Source: an uncultured Acidimicrobiia bacterium (GTDB lineage: Bacteria; Acidobacteriota; Terriglobia; Versatilivoradales; Versatilivoraceae). Taken from it: a stretch of 64,000 nucleotides of DNA. Positions within the stretch are counted from its first letter, which is position 1; each line of letters begins with the position of its first letter. The stretch is from positions 1,088,001 through 1,152,000 of the forward strand of contig CAWBAT010000005.1 in NCBI GenBank assembly GCA_963786955.1, written 5' to 3'. The translations under genes were made by a program, and so were the position numbers. Of the stretch, positions 33,229 to 46,722 are shown piece after piece. Under the pieces are notes generated by a model. It saw only the letters and a list, made by a program, of their open reading frames with translations, made no database searches and was not told the DNA's origin.

Positions 33229-34605
33229 TCATTTTCCAATACAAAAAGTCGAAAAGATGTTTTCCAAAATATCCTCAACCGTCGTCTCGCCAGTCAAGGC
33301 ATTTAAAGCTTTCAGAGCCGCATAAAGGTCTAAGAGCACGATTTCATGAGGCAGTTCCTGGCTGGCTGAAGAAGAGCTTCTGGCCAGCGCCTCGAGTGCT
33401 TCTTGGACCAGGTGCTCATGCCGTATATTGGTGACAAGCCCTTCTTCTACCTCAAAGCCGCCGTGACTGCCCGAGAAATCTGAAAAAAGCGCCTCTTTCA
33501 GTGATTCCACCCCTTCACGGGTCTTAGCCGAGACCCGGCAGGTCAATTTAGGCCGTGCCGGGATAGAAACTGGATCCAGTCTTTGAGCTAAGTCGGCCTT
33601 GTTGATAATCAGAAAGTAGGGGATTCCCGCAAGTTGCTCGACCAGTTTAAGGTCTTGCTCCCCCATCGTTTCTGATCCATCAACCACAAGGAGGATGCAG
33701 TCCGCATCCGCAATCGCCTCCCAGGACTTGTTAATTCCGATTCGTTCGACCTTGTCCACAACCTCTCGAATACCCGCTGTATCCAGGAACCGAACCGGAA
33801 TCCCACGGATCTGGCTGGTCTCAGAGATCAAGTCCCTGGTCGTCCCTGGAATGTCCGTTACAATCGCCCGGTCTTCATCGAGGAGAGCATTGAAGAGACT
33901 CGATTTGCCTACATTTGGACGGCCAATGATGGCAATACTCAGTCCCGTTCCGATAATCTTACCAAATTTGAAACTGTTGTGCAGTTGGCCCAGGCTTTCC
34001 TGAAGTCTGGTCAACTCGGTCACGATCTTATTCCAGGGCAGGATCGAGACATCATCATCGGCAAAGTCAATTCCCGCTTCGAGGAGAGAGATCAGCCGGA
34101 TCAGTTGCTCTTTATCCGGTTTGAGCCGTCGCGAGAGCGACCCCATCACTTGCTGCTGGGCAATCTTGGCCTGAAAGAGGGTTTGAGCTTCGATCAGATC
34201 CCGTACCGCCTCTGCTTGGACGAGATCGATCGCTCCATTTAAGAAAGCCCGGAGAGTAAATTCTCCAGGGCGTGCCAGCCGCGCCCCTGATTCGAGAATG
34301 GCACCCAGGATCGCTTTGAGAAGCACCGGGCTGCCATGACAACTGATCTCGATGACGTCTTCACGCGTGTAGGAACGGGGTGCCTGGAAATAGGTGACAA
34401 CGACCTGATCGAGAATCTGCTGAGTCGCTGGGTGGAAGATGTTTCCGACGAGCGGTGAACGGTCCTGCAAAGTCTTGCTTCCCGATCGAAAAAGCTTGCC
34501 CATCAGGTTGAGAGACTCCTTGCCACTGAGCCGAATCACCCCAATTCCGCTCTTCCCGAGAGGAGTCGAAAGGGCAACCATTGTTTCTTCCAGCTGAGAA
34601 TGCAT
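33229..34605 (-). CDS. mnmE: tRNA modification GTPase MnmE
   Basis: GRPNVGKSS, PGTTRD, DTAG, NKAD, FCIGK. Confidence 0.98.
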   Translation of the reverse strand: MHSQLEETMVALSTPLGKSGIGVIRLSGKESLNLMGKLFRSGSKTLQDRSPLVGNIFHPATQQILDQVVVTYFQAPRSYTREDVIEISCHGSPVLLKAILGAILESGARLARPGEFTLRAFLNGAIDLVQAEAVRDLIEAQTLFQAKIAQQQVMGSLSRRLKPDKEQLIRLISLLEAGIDFADDDVSILPWNKIVTELTRLQESLGQLHNSFKFGKIIGTGLSIAIIGRPNVGKSSLFNALLDEDRAIVTDIPGTTRDLISETSQIRGIPVRFLDTAGIREVVDKVERIGINKSWEAIADADCILLVVDGSETMGEQDLKLVEQLAGIPYFLIINKADLAQRLDPVSIPARPKLTCRVSAKTREGVESLKEALFSDFSGSHGGFEVEEGLVTNIRHEHLVQEALEALARSSSSASQELPHEIVLLDLYAALKALNALTGETTVEDILENIFSTFCIGK

Positions 34606-34611
34606 TGTCGG

Positions 34612-35037
34612 TTAACACGGGTAGATCACGACCTGGCGTTTTGCTCCCAATCCTTCACTTTCCGTTCTTACTTCCTTGTCCTCCGCAACCGCCAAGTGAA
34701 GGATGCGTCTCTCATCCGGTTCCATTGGGTTGAACTTAAAGGCTCTGCCGGTTTGCTTGACGTTGTCGGCGGCCGTCAAAGCCATCAATCGCAACTCTTC
34801 AGCTCGATTAGCTCGATACCCGTTAGAATCTAAGAAGAACTTGCGGCCACTTTTCTCAAAGATTCGATTGATCAGATACTCTAAAGCTTTCAAGGCTTCA
34901 GCATTTCTAGCTAAAAGTATCGATGCGTCTCTTCCTTTCAGCTCAATTTGGTCATATTCTGCTCCCGAATCGACCGTGTAAGATAAGTCAAACATCGAGA
35001 TCCGGATGAACATTTTGAGGAATTCTTCAACCGTCAT
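34612..35037 (-). CDS. khpB: Jag/EloR (KhpB)-like KH-R3H RNA-binding protein, short form
   Basis: PMEPDERRILH R3H motif, TESEG; directly downstream of yidC. Confidence 0.85.
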   Translation of the reverse strand: MTVEEFLKMFIRISMFDLSYTVDSGAEYDQIELKGRDASILLARNAEALKALEYLINRIFEKSGRKFFLDSNGYRANRAEELRLMALTAADNVKQTGRAFKFNPMEPDERRILHLAVAEDKEVRTESEGLGAKRQVVIYPC

Positions 35038-35078
35038 AGCTAGATAGGCTCTCCCTTCAATACCCTGGTCTTTTCAAA

Positions 35079-36749
35079 TCATTTCTTCTTCGATTTCCTC
35101 TGCGAGCTGTTGGCCGACGCATTGGGCCCAAACTTGTTTAAGAAGTATTGCTGCCCGATCCCTACGACATTGCTTGTCAGCCAGTAGAGAACCAAGCCGC
35201 TCGAAGTAAATGCCAGCATGAATCCAAAGAAAACCGGCATCGCAAGCATCATCTTGGCTTGAACCGGATCTGCCGATGGCGTTGGCGTCATTTTTTGCAT
35301 GACGACCATAGATAAGGTCATCAGGATGGGCAAGACGTATGTGTGGTCCGCAGCCGAAAGGTCGGTGATCCAGAGCATGAAGGGCGCATGCCGCAACTCA
35401 ATGGCCACCGAAAGCAAGTTATAAAAGGCGATGAAGAATGGCATTTGTAGCAAAAGGGGCAGGCATCCTCCTAATGGGTTGACTCCATGCTCCTTATAAA
35501 GCGCCATCACCTCAGCATTCATCTTCTGACGTTTGGGATCGGTAGGTTTCAACTTTTTATAAGACTCTTGAATCGCCTTCATCTGAGGTTGCAGCTTCTG
35601 CATTTTTCCGGCAGAAACAATGGATTTATACTTGAGCGGAAATAGTGCAATATTGATAAATATCGTAAGAAGAATGATCGCAACCCCGTAGTTTCTCACA
35701 TAAGAATGAATCCATTTAAGCACAAGGAAGAGGGGCTCGCAAACCACTCTAAACCATCCATAATCAATAACTTCAGTCAGGTATGGCCCCGTTTTCTTCA
35801 GGACCTCTGTGTCCTTAGGCCCTACAAACAAGCGAACTTCTTGACCCTCTGCCGGAATTGCAAAAGCGGAACTACTCAGGAGCTTCTCTTTCTTGCCGTC
35901 CGCCAGGACATTCTCGTCGGCAGCGAAATGGATGCGGTGCAGCATGTCGTTCTTTGGCGGCAGAAAGAGGGCCGCGAAATACGTGTCTTCAAGACCGGCA
36001 AAGTCAAAGGCACCAGAGAACTCCAATCCGGCACCCATGTCGCCCTCTTTAAGCCGCTTCACCTTTCCATCCGTCCGATAAACGCCCCGGCGAACCGTCA
36101 TTCTTGCATCCACCGTAGTGTCCCCGAATCCGGAATACCACCCTAAGAAATAAGAGGCCGGACGCCCTTGAACCCAAACTTGGCAATCGACGCTGACGAC
36201 ATAGCTACCAGGAACAAATGTCAGCTTTTTGATTACCCGTAGGGTTTCATCCGCATATTCAAGAGTCACAGATTGAGCACCACCTGCTGGTCCTGTAAGA
36301 TCAACCCGGTCCGGTGCATTTACAACAAATATCATATTTTTCAATGCCTTAGATACTTCCTCTTCTTTGTCGATCCGCAAGGCAAGCGGGTAACCGAAAG
36401 CTTGAGCTTTTCTTCCATCGACAACATCAAGTAACTTCCCGTTATTGTCTGTGTACCGTTTGAGCACCCAATTTAGGACGACCGCTTCTTTATTGGAAAG
36501 AGTCAAATGGTACAAATCCGTTTCTACCGAAATTCGTTTTTCAGAGACTCCCTTCTTGAGGTCATTTGAGCTGCTCGCTAGACTCACGGGCGCTGGAGCT
36601 GGGGTCTTGGCCTGGGGAGAGGCCTGTTTTTGTTCCGCAGTTTTGCCTTCGGGCGTCGTCACGGGAGCTCTTTGAGGTTCCCAATAAGGTCTTGTCAACA
36701 TGATCACCAGGAATGAAAGGGCGAGGGCTAGAAGTAATCGTCTCTCCAT
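35079..36749 (-). CDS. yidC: Membrane protein insertase YidC
   Basis: GPK, IDYGW, NPLGGCLP, ELRHAPF, GLVLYW. Confidence 0.97.
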   Translation of the reverse strand: MERRLLLALALSFLVIMLTRPYWEPQRAPVTTPEGKTAEQKQASPQAKTPAPAPVSLASSSNDLKKGVSEKRISVETDLYHLTLSNKEAVVLNWVLKRYTDNNGKLLDVVDGRKAQAFGYPLALRIDKEEEVSKALKNMIFVVNAPDRVDLTGPAGGAQSVTLEYADETLRVIKKLTFVPGSYVVSVDCQVWVQGRPASYFLGWYSGFGDTTVDARMTVRRGVYRTDGKVKRLKEGDMGAGLEFSGAFDFAGLEDTYFAALFLPPKNDMLHRIHFAADENVLADGKKEKLLSSSAFAIPAEGQEVRLFVGPKDTEVLKKTGPYLTEVIDYGWFRVVCEPLFLVLKWIHSYVRNYGVAIILLTIFINIALFPLKYKSIVSAGKMQKLQPQMKAIQESYKKLKPTDPKRQKMNAEVMALYKEHGVNPLGGCLPLLLQMPFFIAFYNLLSVAIELRHAPFMLWITDLSAADHTYVLPILMTLSMVVMQKMTPTPSADPVQAKMMLAMPVFFGFMLAFTSSGLVLYWLTSNVVGIGQQYFLNKFGPNASANSSQRKSKKK

Positions 36750-36770
36750 AATTTAATGATCCCCCTAGGG

Positions 36771-36989
36771 CTACTGCAGTGGGTCGTAACCTCCTTCATG
36801 AAATGGATGGCATTTCCCTAAACGTCGGGCCGTCAAAGCAATGCCATGAAAAACCCCATATCTAGAGATCGCTTGGAAGGCATAATCGGAACAGGTCGGC
36901 AAAAATCTACACGAAAAGGGCAGAAATGGTGAGATGTAAGATTTGTAGAAGGCGAGACCCCAGAGGAAGGTCTTCTTTAAGGGTTCCAA
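36771..36989 (-). CDS. yidD: Membrane protein insertion efficiency factor
   Basis: [17 protein letters not shown]. Confidence 0.95.
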   Translation of the reverse strand: MEPLKKTFLWGLAFYKSYISPFLPFSCRFLPTCSDYAFQAISRYGVFHGIALTARRLGKCHPFHEGGYDPLQ

Positions 36990-37369
36990 TTTCTTCTCAA
37001 TGGCTTGAGTAATAGCATTAACTCATCTTGGACGCGGCCGCCGCTAAGTTCCTTTGAAGACGTGCGCACCTGGATAACCAGGTCGAGCCCTTCGGGGAGA
37101 TCTTCCTTGTGGGTCCGGAACGCCTCCCGAATCCATCGCTTAAGCAAATTTCTTTGCACCGCCTTACCCACGCGCTTACTGATGGAAATGCCGACACGTG
37201 AAATTAAAGACCCATTTTCACAAGAATGAATCTGGAAATGCCGACCTCTGCGTACCTTTCCTGTCTTGTAGACCCGAAGGTAGTCTTTCGACTTTAGGAG
37301 CCGGACAGACTTTGGAAAGGAATGATCGGCACTCCTGTCATGGGATAAGACGTTTACGCCCTTTGTCAC
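36977..37369 (-). CDS. rnpA: RNase P protein (start uncertain)
   Basis: [35 protein letters not shown]. Confidence 0.92.
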   Translation of the reverse strand: MTKGVNVLSHDRSADHSFPKSVRLLKSKDYLRVYKTGKVRRGRHFQIHSCENGSLISRVGISISKRVGKAVQRNLLKRWIREAFRTHKEDLPEGLDLVIQVRTSSKELSGGRVQDELMLLLKPLRRNWNP

Positions 37370-37472
37370 GGCGACGTTTCAAGACCAGTCTTCCAGCTTT
37401 TGTGCTCATTCGGCTGCGAAACCCATGGGTCTTCGCTCTTTTTCTATTATTGGGCCGAAAGGTTGGTTGCAT
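37338..37472 (-). CDS. rpmH: 50S ribosomal protein L34
   Basis: Not in ORF track; [44 protein letters not shown]; RBS AGGAG. Confidence 0.97.
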   Translation of the reverse strand: MQPTFRPNNRKRAKTHGFRSRMSTKAGRLVLKRRRDKGRKRLIP

Positions 37473-37555
37473 GGCAGCTCCTGCGATAAATGAATACGGG
37501 CAACTTCATTGGGGCAGCGGTTCAACACGCTAATCCCTTAATTCTGCAAATGGTC

Positions 37556-37585
37556 TTTATAACACAGCGTTTTTTAGAGTGTCAA
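37556..37585 (-). promoter_or_regulatory. Sigma70-type promoter of the rpmH operon
   Basis: TTGACA-18 nt-TATAAA with extended TG. Confidence 0.6.
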
Positions 37586-37768
37586 TTCATTTGAATCACT
37601 ACCGATGCCTATGCTATATTTACCTGCTCAATTATAGAGTCGTAATTCAACCATCATCCATTGCCAATTCGGTGGATGTTATTCGCCATTTCTCACCCAT
37701 AATTTAACGGCCCTAAGATCCCAGACTCAGAGACCAGGGTTCATTTTAGTCATTATTATGTTGCCGTC

Positions 37769-39094
37769 ATGAATGCCTGGCAAAGAATTCTCGAATTCAT
37801 TGAAGTTCGGATCAGTAAACAAAATTTTGCGACTTGGTTTAAACCGACCCAGTTTCAGCAGCTCGATGAGAGTAATCAGCTGATTGTCACGGTCCCCAAT
37901 CAAGTTTTTGAGGATTGGCTCACCTCAACTTACTCCGGCCTTATCGACGAAGCAATTCGAGGAACCGGGCTACAAGATTTAAAGATAACTTTTCGTGCGC
38001 TGCCCCTGTCGCCCTCCAAAGTAGAGGGTGCTTCCCCGGCCCCACCTATTCAAAAGACGCTTGATTTTGATTCCGTCGACTATCTGCTCAACCCTAAATA
38101 TACTTTTGAGCGTTTTGTTGTCGGCTCCTCCAATCAATTTGCTCATGCCGCCTCTCTTGCGGTCGCAGAGTCCCCAGCCAGAATCTACAATCCACTTTTC
38201 ATTTGTGGCGGTGTGGGACTGGGAAAGACTCATCTCATGCAGGCCGTAGGTCACCGTATCAAGGCGCTGGATCGAAGAGTCCGTTTGAGCTATGTCTCAT
38301 CCGAGAAATTCACCAATGAGGTCATCAATGCGATCCGCTATGACCGTACTCTGGCATTGCGGGAGAAGTATCGCAATGTCGATATTCTTCTCATCGACGA
38401 CATTCAATTCATTTCTGGAAAGCAAGCGACACAGGAGGAGTTTTTTCATACTTTCAACGACCTTTATGATGCGCAAAAGCAAATTGTCCTTTCCAGTGAC
38501 TCCCTCCCAAAGGAAATTCCTGATATCCAAGAACGGTTACAGTCCCGCTTTGAATCGGGTCTCATAGCCGATATCCAGCCGCCCGATTTAGAAACCAAGG
38601 TGGCAATCCTGAAAAAGAAAGCAGAGTTTGAGAATTTTAATATACCCGACAACGTGGCGTTTTACATTGCAAGCAAAATAAAATCCAATATCCGCGAATT
38701 AGAAGGGTCCCTGTTACGACTCATGGCGTTTAGTTCATTGCGAGATGAAAAAGTTACGTTGGGGATGGCACAAGAAGTTCTCAAGCATATTCTCAAATCC
38801 CAGGAAAAACACATCTCGATTGAACAAATCCAAAAGCTTGTAGCGGATTATTTTGACTTAAAGGTCAGTGAACTCAAGTCCAAAAACAATTCCAAAGCAA
38901 TCGCTCAGCCGCGACAAATTGGAATGTACCTATGCCGTCAATTGACTGACGCCTCCTTACCAGAAATTGGGCGAGAATTTGGCGGGAAACATCACACCAC
39001 GGTTCTGCACTCGATTAAAAAAGTTGGGGAGAAAATGGGCGTTAACAGGGAATTCAACAGTTTGATCAGTAAACTCAATGATTCCTTTCAATGA
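37769..39094 (+). CDS. dnaA: Replication initiator DnaA
   Basis: YTFERFVVG, GGVGLGKTHL, IDDIQF, QEEFFHTFN, HHTTVLH. Confidence 0.99.
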   Translation: MNAWQRILEFIEVRISKQNFATWFKPTQFQQLDESNQLIVTVPNQVFEDWLTSTYSGLIDEAIRGTGLQDLKITFRALPLSPSKVEGASPAPPIQKTLDFDSVDYLLNPKYTFERFVVGSSNQFAHAASLAVAESPARIYNPLFICGGVGLGKTHLMQAVGHRIKALDRRVRLSYVSSEKFTNEVINAIRYDRTLALREKYRNVDILLIDDIQFISGKQATQEEFFHTFNDLYDAQKQIVLSSDSLPKEIPDIQERLQSRFESGLIADIQPPDLETKVAILKKKAEFENFNIPDNVAFYIASKIKSNIRELEGSLLRLMAFSSLRDEKVTLGMAQEVLKHILKSQEKHISIEQIQKLVADYFDLKVSELKSKNNSKAIAQPRQIGMYLCRQLTDASLPEIGREFGGKHHTTVLHSIKKVGEKMGVNREFNSLISKLNDSFQ

Positions 39095-39328
39095 GTTAAG
39101 ATTTTTTCCACAGCGTCTTAGGAATTGCGTTTACGTTGTACTGTGGATAAAATACCCCTGTACTGTGTTTCCTCAATCGGAGGGGTATTTTGCACTTGGT
39201 GAATAAACAATCTCCCACAGGGTTTCGAATTCAATCCGAAGAAGTTACTTTAGTTTTCCACAATTTTGAGGTGGTGACTACTATTACTAAGTAACTTACT
39301 ATTTAAGTTAGTATAAAAGGATTAGTCG
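39095..39328. other. oriC (dnaA-dnaN intergenic region)
   Basis: DnaA boxes TTTTCCACA 39104-39112, TGTGGATAA 39142-39150, TTTTCCACA 39254-39262; DnaA-trio-like ACTACTATTACTAA 39277-39290; AT-rich tail. Confidence 0.88.
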
Positions 39329-40441
39329 ATGGAATTCACTGTTCGAAAATACGATATCTTACGCGAGATTGGTTTAACTCAGGGAGTTGTCGAAAAGAAG
39401 AATACAATTCCTATCTTGGCAAATGTTTTGATTGATGCGGATGGGGATCGAATCCAGATTTCAGCTACTGACCTGGAATTGGGAATTAAGTGTACCTGTC
39501 CAGCCAAGATCAAAAAAGCCGGATCGATTACCACACCTGCAAAGAATTTCTTGGATATCATTCGTGCCCTGCCCGATGATGATATTAAGGTTAAGTCTCT
39601 GGAAAATAATTGGGTCCAAATTAACTGTGCCTCTGCAAGTTTTAAGATTGTCGGCTTACCCAAAGATAATTTCCCAAACTTGCCCGAATCCTCTAAACCC
39701 GTCGTCGATTTACCTTCCAAGATCTTGTTAAATATTATTAATAAGACTGTTTTTGCAATTGCTACCGAAGAATCCCGTTATACCTTCAATGGTGCCCTCT
39801 TGCTCTTACGACCGCTCAGCGTCACGATGGTGACTACAGATGGGCACCGGTTGGCACATATTGAGACTCAGGTTCGTTTCGAGCACTTGACTAGTGAAAT
39901 GAGGACCTTGATCCCTAAGAAGGCTTTGGCAGAACTTCAGCGCTTGCTTTCCGAAGCCGAGGAGCAAGATGTGGTCAGTTTTAGTAAAGATGAAACCCAT
40001 CTTTTCTTTAGGCTTAAGAACCGGTTGATGATTTCGAGAATGTTAACGGGACAATTTCCAAATTACGAAGCGGTCCTGCCGAAAGAAAATAGCCGGGTAG
40101 TGGTCTTGGAGAGAGAAAGACTGGGAGCGGCCATTAAGCGGGTTGCTCTGCTGGCTGATGATAAATCCCGATCGATTAAAATATGTTTAGATAAAAACCA
40201 GATGGAGATTTCAGCTGCCAATGCGGAGTTAGGCGAGGCCAAAGAGTCTCTGGAAGCTACCTATAGTGGCCATCCCGTCCAAATCGGCTTTAATTGTCAG
40301 TACTTGCTGGACTTTATTGCGGCCACCGAAGATGAAAAAATCAGCTTTGAATTCAAAGACGATCAAAGCGCCGGTCAGCTGAGGCCAGCCAATGAAGAAG
40401 AGTGCCGATACCGATACATTGTGATGCCGATGAGACTCTAA
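39329..40441 (+). CDS. dnaN: DNA polymerase III beta clamp
   Basis: ATDLE, TDGHRL, GQFPNY, MPMRL. Confidence 0.98.
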   Translation: MEFTVRKYDILREIGLTQGVVEKKNTIPILANVLIDADGDRIQISATDLELGIKCTCPAKIKKAGSITTPAKNFLDIIRALPDDDIKVKSLENNWVQINCASASFKIVGLPKDNFPNLPESSKPVVDLPSKILLNIINKTVFAIATEESRYTFNGALLLLRPLSVTMVTTDGHRLAHIETQVRFEHLTSEMRTLIPKKALAELQRLLSEAEEQDVVSFSKDETHLFFRLKNRLMISRMLTGQFPNYEAVLPKENSRVVVLERERLGAAIKRVALLADDKSRSIKICLDKNQMEISAANAELGEAKESLEATYSGHPVQIGFNCQYLLDFIAATEDEKISFEFKDDQSAGQLRPANEEECRYRYIVMPMRL

Positions 40442-40494
40442 TTCGCACTGGAATCCTACCTCGTCCAGATCCGTTCGTTTACCCTTCTTCCGGA

Positions 40495-44132
<3,638 letters not shown>

Positions 44133-44175
44133 GCTCTCAGCATGGGGCGTCACACTCTAAATCAAAAGGAAGCGC

Positions 44176-46645
44176 ATGGAAGGCCAACTCCCTCTTAACA
44201 CCACCCCAGTCAACATCGAAGATGAGATGAAGCGGTCGTACATTGATTACGCCATGAGCGTCATCATCGGGCGTGCGCTCCCGGACGTGCGGGACGGGTT
44301 AAAACCGGTTCATCGACGCATTCTGTATGGGATGCAGGAGATGGGGCTGGGTTCTAACAAGCCTTACCGAAAGTGTGCCAAAATTGTCGGCGAGGTCATG
44401 GGGAATTTTCATCCTCACGGGGACAGCGCGATCTACGACACCCTGGTTCGCATGGCGCAGGATTTCTCGATGCGCTATCCGCAGATCGATGGCCAGGGTA
44501 ACTTTGGGTCGATTGATGGGGATCCGCCAGCGGCCATGCGTTACACCGAAGCCCGGCTGGCTCGAATCGCCCACGAAATGCTGGCCGACATCGATAAGGA
44601 AACGGTTGATTTCACACCCAACTATGACGAAAGTCAGCAGGAACCCCTTTACCTGCCAGCCCAGATTCCAAACCTACTCGTGAATGGATCCTCGGGTATT
44701 GCCGTTGGCATGGCCACCAACATCCCCCCGCACAATCTCAACGAAGTTATTCACGCGGTGATTCACTTCATCAGCAATCCAGAATCAACGGTGCAGGACC
44801 TCATGCAATTTGTGCAAGGCCCGGACTTCCCCACCGGAGGCTTTATCTATGGGCGAGCGGGAATTCTCCAAGCCTTTACGACAGGTCGCGGGAGCATTGT
44901 GATGCGCGCCCGTGCCGCCATCGAAAAACAGGCTCGCGGGGATAAGGAAATGATCGTCGTGACCGAAATTCCTTATCAGGTCAATAAGGCCAAGCTGATC
45001 GAGCGCATTGCAGAACTTGTTCAGGAAAAGAAAATTGAAGGAATTACCGACCTTCGTGATGAAAGCGATCGGGACGGAATGCGGATTGTCATCGAGTTGC
45101 GCCGGGGCGAACAGCCCGAAGTCATCTTGAACAACCTCTACAAGCAGACCGCGATGCAATCCAGCTTCGGGGTCATCACCCTGGCCATCGTGAATGGACA
45201 ACCACGGGTTTTGAATCTGGTCGAGGTGATTAAATATTTTGTCGAGCATCGTATTGATGTCGTCCGGCGACGAACCCTCTACGAGCTGCGCAAGGCAGAG
45301 GAGAGGGGCTCATATCCTGGAAGGGCTCAAAAAAGCTCTGGACAAGATCGAGGCCGTGATCAAGTTGATTCGTGCCTCCAAATCTCCCCAGGAAGCGCGC
45401 GAAGGCCTGATCCGCCAGTTTGAACTGAGCCAAGTTCAGGCCCAGGCCATTCTCGATATGCAATTGCAGCGGCTCACCGGCATGGAGCGGGAAAAGATCC
45501 TGGAAGAGCTGGAAAATCTAATGAGGCGAATTGCCGAACTGAAAGAGATTCTAGCCAGTGAGAAAATGCTCAAAAGCGTGGTAGTTAAAGAACTGAAAGA
45601 AGTGCAGAAAGAATACGGGGATGAACGGCGGACAGAGATTGTGGATGAACACGCGGAAATCAAACTTGAAGATCTCATCACCATGGAGGATGTCGTCGTT
45701 ACGGTAACCCACACCGGCTATTTGAAACGAACGCCAGTCAAAGATTACCGAATGCAACACCGCGGCGGAAAAGGGCGGATCGGTATGAAAACGCGGGAAG
45801 AAGATTTTGTGGAACACATGTTTGTGGCCTCCACGCACAACTATTTGCTGATCTTCACCAACCAAGGTAAGGTGCACTGGCTCAAGGTTTATGAGATCCC
45901 GGACGTCGGCACAACGGGGAAGGGAAAAGCGATCAACAACCTGGTGAATCTGGCTCCCGACGAAATGATGCGGACAGTACTTCCGGTGACCGAATTTGCG
46001 GAAGATCGGTTCGTCATGTTTGCTACTCGCCAAGGAGTGGTCAAGAAAACCCGTCTCGACGCTTTCAGTAATCCAATGGCTCGTGGGATCATGGCGATCT
46101 CCATCGATGAAAACGACGAGCTCATCGCAGTGGAGTTAACCACGGGCAAAGATCAAATATTTCTCGGGACGCACGAGGGGAAGAGCATTCGCTTTCATGA
46201 AGAGGATGTGCGGGACATGGGGCGCCAGGCTCGCGGTGTCAAAGGGATTGAGCTGGGAAAGAAGGATTATCTCGTGGGCATGACGGTGGGCGGGGACGAA
46301 GGCCTCATTCTTTCAGTGACGGAAAATGGATTCGGAAAACGAACTCAGATCAGTGCGTATCGGGCTCAGACCCGGGGTGGCAAAGGTGTGATCAATGTCA
46401 AGACCACCGCGAAGAACGGTCGTGTCGTGGCGATCATGAAGGTGGATGACGAATCAGAACTCATTATCATTACCGCCCAAGGGAAAGTGATTCGCCTTGA
46501 GGCGGGGCCCATCCGAGCTGCCGGGAGAAGTACGCAGGGAGTCAAACTGATTGACCTGGGAGGAGAGGATAAAGTCACGGCGGTTTCGTTGATTACCAGT
46601 CAAACCGAACACCTTCTCGACAGTGGCCCCCCCACGATTCACTAA
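44176..46645 (+). CDS. gyrA: DNA gyrase subunit A, split by an apparent +1 frameshift at about 45305
   Basis: HPHGD, AAMRYTE, GyrA box QHRGGKG; two ORFs join as KAEERAHILE if one G of GGGG 45305-45308 is removed. Confidence 0.95.
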
Positions 46646-46722
46646 GTAGTGCTATTCACAAATACGGTGACGTTATCTTATGATAGGCGCCGGGTGAGGT
46701 TGGGGCTATGAGAAGGCCCTAA

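Noticed and set aside
44176-46645. gyrA as a true pseudogene or naturally split gene
   Set aside because: Essential gene, otherwise intact; one extra G in a run explains the split
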